Shown here piece after piece: positions 60,295-64,000 of a stretch of DNA of 64,000 nucleotides. The position numbers and the translations under genes are program-made. The stretch is taken from assembly GCA_903824935.1 (NCBI GenBank), contig CAIJYT010000092.1, positions 13,119-77,118 of the forward strand. The letters are read 5' to 3'. How positions within the stretch are numbered: the first letter of the stretch is position 1; the number at the start of each line of letters is the position of its first letter. The notes beneath the pieces are model-generated. The model was given only the letters and a program-made list of their open reading frames with translations. It did no database searches and was not told where the DNA came from. Source of the stretch: an uncultured Bacteroidales bacterium (GTDB lineage: Bacteria; Bacteroidota; Bacteroidia; Bacteroidales; FEN-979).

Positions 60295-62715
60295 TTAAAT
60301 GTTCACAAGCACCTGGACTGATGTTGTCCTGGGCGCTTCAATAGTAATAGGCCTCAGGGAATACTCGGTATTCATCAGGTTATTGACCATGAGAGAAACC
60401 TTGAATATCCCGAAAGCATAGCCTACCCTGCAATTCACAATGAAATTACCTCCATGGTGTTCCTGACGGTATTTGACAATTCCCGAATGCATGGCCTTCG
60501 GAGTATCAAGCTGGTACAGGAAAATATCGATGTTCTGCATGTAGCCGTAATAGTTCCCGCTTATACCCGCCGAAAAACGTTTTTTAAACGTAAACTGCAG
60601 GTCTGATTTCACGAGGTGCTGTATACGGTACTTAAGAATATTATTGGCTGTATCAGTGGAAGTGTTTGCATAGGTGTAATTCCTGACTTTCTGGGTGGAG
60701 GATTCAAAATTCTGATAATATACCTCGTCGGGCTTTACAGCCTGGGGCGCCGAATAGGTGTATCCGAGGAGAACTGAAAGTTCAAGGTCTTTGGTTAGTT
60801 TACCCTCTCCTGCAAAAGTGAAATCACCTCCATATACCCTGGCCGGTCCTATATTCAGGAATTTAAAACCAAGGCTTTTATTAATGGGTCCGTTACCCCA
60901 AACCCCGAAATTGAACTCAACATAATTCCAGTAATCCTCGTAAAACCCTGCAAGGTCAAGCATCCCGGCAAATTTCCCTATCCTGAACATTTGCTTAATA
61001 CCGAGTTCGTAAGAATTACAGTACTCCGACTGCAGCTGGGGGTTGGGATAAAACCCGAATCCTCCGCTGTTGGTGGTTATGTACCGTTCGCCGATACTGG
61101 GTGCGCGGTAACCCTGCCCTGCTGAAATCCTGAGGTAGGTCGTCTTCGAAGCCTGGTAATTCAACCCTGCCCTGAAAATCGGTTTGCTTTCCTTCAGGTC
61201 GGCAATATTATAATATTCGTACCTGGCCCCGGCTTCAACACTCAGTCGTTTGAAAAATTTCTTTGAAAGCTGCACATAAAGACTGGCATTTTCCGAACTG
61301 AAGCTTCCGGACTGGTTTGCAGTGGTGGTTCCGTCAGGAGCGAGGATACCACTGAACACCTCCCCAATTGAATGTGAATAAATGCTGACGATCCCCGCTG
61401 TGAGTGTGAAATCCCCAAGCTTGGTGAACCTCCTGCTGTATTTTAACTCATCAAACACCGTTACATAACGGTTTGACTGGTTATTGGTGGCATTTGTATT
61501 CCCGTAATAGACCCTGTTCTTAAAACTGAACTGGTTGCCTTGCTTATCGTAATACTGTATAAACGGATCCACATAAAAACTGAATACCTTGAAATAAGAG
61601 AGAGCACCCGGATAAGATTTGTAAATGTTTGTATCAGCATCATACCAGAAGTAAGTTTCGGCGCTCTGGCTGTACATGAAATTGCCGTTAAGCCCGTACG
61701 AAAGTCCGGCCACCTTTTTATTCCTTACCCTGGTATTGAAATAAATCTTGGCTCTCTTGATAAATTCACCTTTATTATAAGCTGTGTCAGAGGCCACTTC
61801 CGGTACACCGCCGATATACCCCCCGTCGCTGTAATAACTGGCACCCACACTCAGATCAATATTGTCGAACTGCTGTAAATGTGAAATTGAAAAGCCGTAT
61901 TGCAAAGGGTTGAATCCCGACCATGGCTTGGTATAACTCCTGGGCGGAGTGCTGTAAATACCCATAAACGTATTGATCCTGGTCTCGGGAATTGATTTAG
62001 GGTAGACCGTCCTGATATTGATTGCACCAGTGATAGCCGAGGATCCGTACACTACCGAAGAAGCACCTTTTACAAGCTCTATCTGCTCCACATCATCCAC
62101 AGGCAGAAAACCCCAGTCAGGCCTTCCTGCATCCCCCCTCATCATCGGTATTTCATCCACCATCACCATGACCCTGCTGCCCAGCCCTGAACTGAATCCG
62201 CTTCCACCCCTGATCTGGGGTTCATTGTCAACTATGGCAATACCGGGAATCTTGTCAATGGCTTTATCCACGCTGGATGGATTTGAAGACTGAATGGTCT
62301 GGGCCTTCAAAACCTCAATGGTTGCAATGGACTCCTCAACTTTTTGTTCATACCTTGAACCCGAAACAACAACCGTGTTCAGTTCCTGGGCGGTAGGTTT
62401 CATAAGAATATCAAGTAAAATCTGCTTTCCATCGCCCTGAATGCCGATAGGCCGCTCAAGTTTCTCATATCCTATACAGGAAAACACGAGGACATGCTCT
62501 CCCTTTTCCATTTCTATTTTATAGAAACCGTTAACATCGGTAAACGTGCCTCCAGGTTTTCCTTTGATGCCGATGTTGGCAAACGAAACAGGTTCGGCAT
62601 TCGAAGCATCCGTGACCTTGCCTTTTACCACCGTGTGGTTCTGAGCCAGGAGGCCTGTAAAAGGAAGGACAGAGATAGATACCAGAAATATAATTAACAG
62701 TATGGTTTGCTTCAT
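60295..62715 (-). CDS. TonB-dependent receptor
   Basis: VKGKVTD, VVVSGSR, IPGI..IRGG, IELVKGASSVVYG plug, NPQLQSE and NNLMN motifs. Confidence 0.9.
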   Translation of the reverse strand: MKQTILLIIFLVSISVLPFTGLLAQNHTVVKGKVTDASNAEPVSFANIGIKGKPGGTFTDVNGFYKIEMEKGEHVLVFSCIGYEKLERPIGIQGDGKQILLDILMKPTAQELNTVVVSGSRYEQKVEESIATIEVLKAQTIQSSNPSSVDKAIDKIPGIAIVDNEPQIRGGSGFSSGLGSRVMVMVDEIPMMRGDAGRPDWGFLPVDDVEQIELVKGASSVVYGSSAITGAINIRTVYPKSIPETRINTFMGIYSTPPRSYTKPWSGFNPLQYGFSISHLQQFDNIDLSVGASYYSDGGYIGGVPEVASDTAYNKGEFIKRAKIYFNTRVRNKKVAGLSYGLNGNFMYSQSAETYFWYDADTNIYKSYPGALSYFKVFSFYVDPFIQYYDKQGNQFSFKNRVYYGNTNATNNQSNRYVTVFDELKYSRRFTKLGDFTLTAGIVSIYSHSIGEVFSGILAPDGTTTANQSGSFSSENASLYVQLSKKFFKRLSVEAGARYEYYNIADLKESKPIFRAGLNYQASKTTYLRISAGQGYRAPSIGERYITTNSGGFGFYPNPQLQSEYCNSYELGIKQMFRIGKFAGMLDLAGFYEDYWNYVEFNFGVWGNGPINKSLGFKFLNIGPARVYGGDFTFAGEGKLTKDLELSVLLGYTYSAPQAVKPDEVYYQNFESSTQKVRNYTYANTSTDTANNILKYRIQHLVKSDLQFTFKKRFSAGISGNYYGYMQNIDIFLYQLDTPKAMHSGIVKYRQEHHGGNFIVNCRVGYAFGIFKVSLMVNNLMNTEYSLRPITIEAPRTTSVQVLVNI

Positions 62716-62747
62716 CAATTGTTCAATTTGAGCACAAAATTACAAAA

Positions 62748-63998
62748 TTAATTTTGTTTATCCGGCCCCCCCGCCCTGGCAACAGCTAAGTCTCCAATTG
62801 TCAGCGATTTAAATTGCCGGGAAGGAGAAGGGATGAAGCTCCCAAGGCCCATGGAATTCCATCGGGAATCTATGCTTTCTATGGTCTTGTCGTCCATAAC
62901 GATCACGTTAGGCCAGTCCCGTTTAAACCCGTCAGTTTCATAGCTCTTCATGGTCCCGTCTATGAACAGCACAGGGAATTTATTTCCACCGGTATCTTCG
63001 GTGTAAAAACAATCCCTCATAGGGTCGAGATTATTGGCAACAATCCAGCTCATTGTCGAAAGATTTTGAATGTCGGTTTGAGCATCGGTAAAAATGATGA
63101 AGTTTACATCCTTTATCAGCCCGGCATCATTGATCTGCCTGGCAATCTGGCGGACTTCAGCAGGCTTTGTCTTATTTACTCCAAGTATTAGTGCAGATAT
63201 CCCTTCTTTTATAAGTTCAGTGTTTGCGGATGTGAGAGCGGGTATGGCCGTCATAAGCCTCTTTTCATCAACATATGGACTGCCCCTTTCGATTGGATCA
63301 GGTTTTTCCCCGCCTGTCTTTGACGTAGCATCCAGTCCGACCTTGCTTCCAAAGCCGTATCGTCGGCTCGAATGGTCAAGGATATCCACAGGCCCCTGAA
63401 TGAAATGTATATCTTCTACCGGGTGTGTATTCTTACTGATGATCCGGGCCAGTTGCATATAATCTGTTAGAACAGTCCCTGCATCGAACACGCCCATGAT
63501 CTTGTTGAACATCATCTGCCCTGCCCCCCATAAGGAACTCATGACTTTAATGGCCTGCCCGGGATAATGTTTGTGGATTGATGCCAGAACTATATTATGG
63601 AACACCCCTTCGGGAGGCATATGCATGTCGTCAAGTTCCGGAACAACAGAGAGTTTAATAGGGGTCAGGAACAACCGTTCCGTAGCTTTGCCAATCCAGG
63701 CATCTTCCTGGGGAGGTATTCCCACGATGGTAGAAGGGTAAACCGCATCCTTCCTGTGTGTAATGCATGTCACATGAAAACGCGGGAACATTCCTTCAAG
63801 GGAATAAAACCCTGTATGATCCCCAAAAGGGCCTTCGTTAATAAGTTCTTCCAGCGGATCGACATACCCTTCTATAATAAAGTCAGCATCGGCAGGCACT
63901 TCAATATCATTGGTAAGGCATTTTACCAGTTCAACCTTTTTCTTTCTCAGGAAGCCTGCAAACAGGTATTCATCCAGGTTCTCGGGCAATGGAGCAGT
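62748..63998 (-). CDS. UbiD-family prFMN-dependent decarboxylase (menaquinone-type), 5' end outside the window
   Basis: EGPFGDHTGFYS, VGIPPQED, MPPEGVFHN, LWGAGQM and DILDHS motifs; frame open to the window edge. Confidence 0.88.
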   Translation of the reverse strand, partial: TAPLPENLDEYLFAGFLRKKKVELVKCLTNDIEVPADADFIIEGYVDPLEELINEGPFGDHTGFYSLEGMFPRFHVTCITHRKDAVYPSTIVGIPPQEDAWIGKATERLFLTPIKLSVVPELDDMHMPPEGVFHNIVLASIHKHYPGQAIKVMSSLWGAGQMMFNKIMGVFDAGTVLTDYMQLARIISKNTHPVEDIHFIQGPVDILDHSSRRYGFGSKVGLDATSKTGGEKPDPIERGSPYVDEKRLMTAIPALTSANTELIKEGISALILGVNKTKPAEVRQIARQINDAGLIKDVNFIIFTDAQTDIQNLSTMSWIVANNLDPMRDCFYTEDTGGNKFPVLFIDGTMKSYETDGFKRDWPNVIVMDDKTIESIDSRWNSMGLGSFIPSPSRQFKSLTIGDLAVARAGGPDKQN

Positions 63999-64000
63999 GG

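Overview
Gene-dense chromosomal window from a Bacteroidota genome, probably an anaerobic Bacteroidales-like organism (TAnnTTTG -7 promoters, T9SS-sorted proteins, GldF/GldG, TonB-dependent receptors). About 50 CDS, mostly housekeeping or envelope genes (lptF/G-family, ispE, ung, birA, radC, gpmA, gdhA, gldFG, phoH, purC, cinA, rpmB, rocD, UbiD-family). I found no rRNA, tRNA, CRISPR array or transposase. Three things stand out. (1) A 15-kb redox/nitrogen locus (19411-34700): a HydC/HydB/GltD-Fdh-fusion complex resembling the StnABC electron-bifurcating transhydrogenase, bracketed by two paralogous receiver + PEP-synthase-type ATP-grasp + C-terminal His-motif proteins that lack the pyruvate-binding barrel (one is split by a 1-nt frameshift), all divergent from gdhA. 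(2) Two diverged copies (about 77% identical by hand alignment) of a ~126-nt non-coding element with a conserved long hairpin, each between convergent genes (7438-7563 and 14507-14633). (3) More than a dozen intergenic elements built from 7-8-nt tandem repeats, often as inverted arm pairs, in five unit families; most start at or just after stop codons and several supply gene termini. All family assignments come from motif recognition by eye; no database search or folding program was run.
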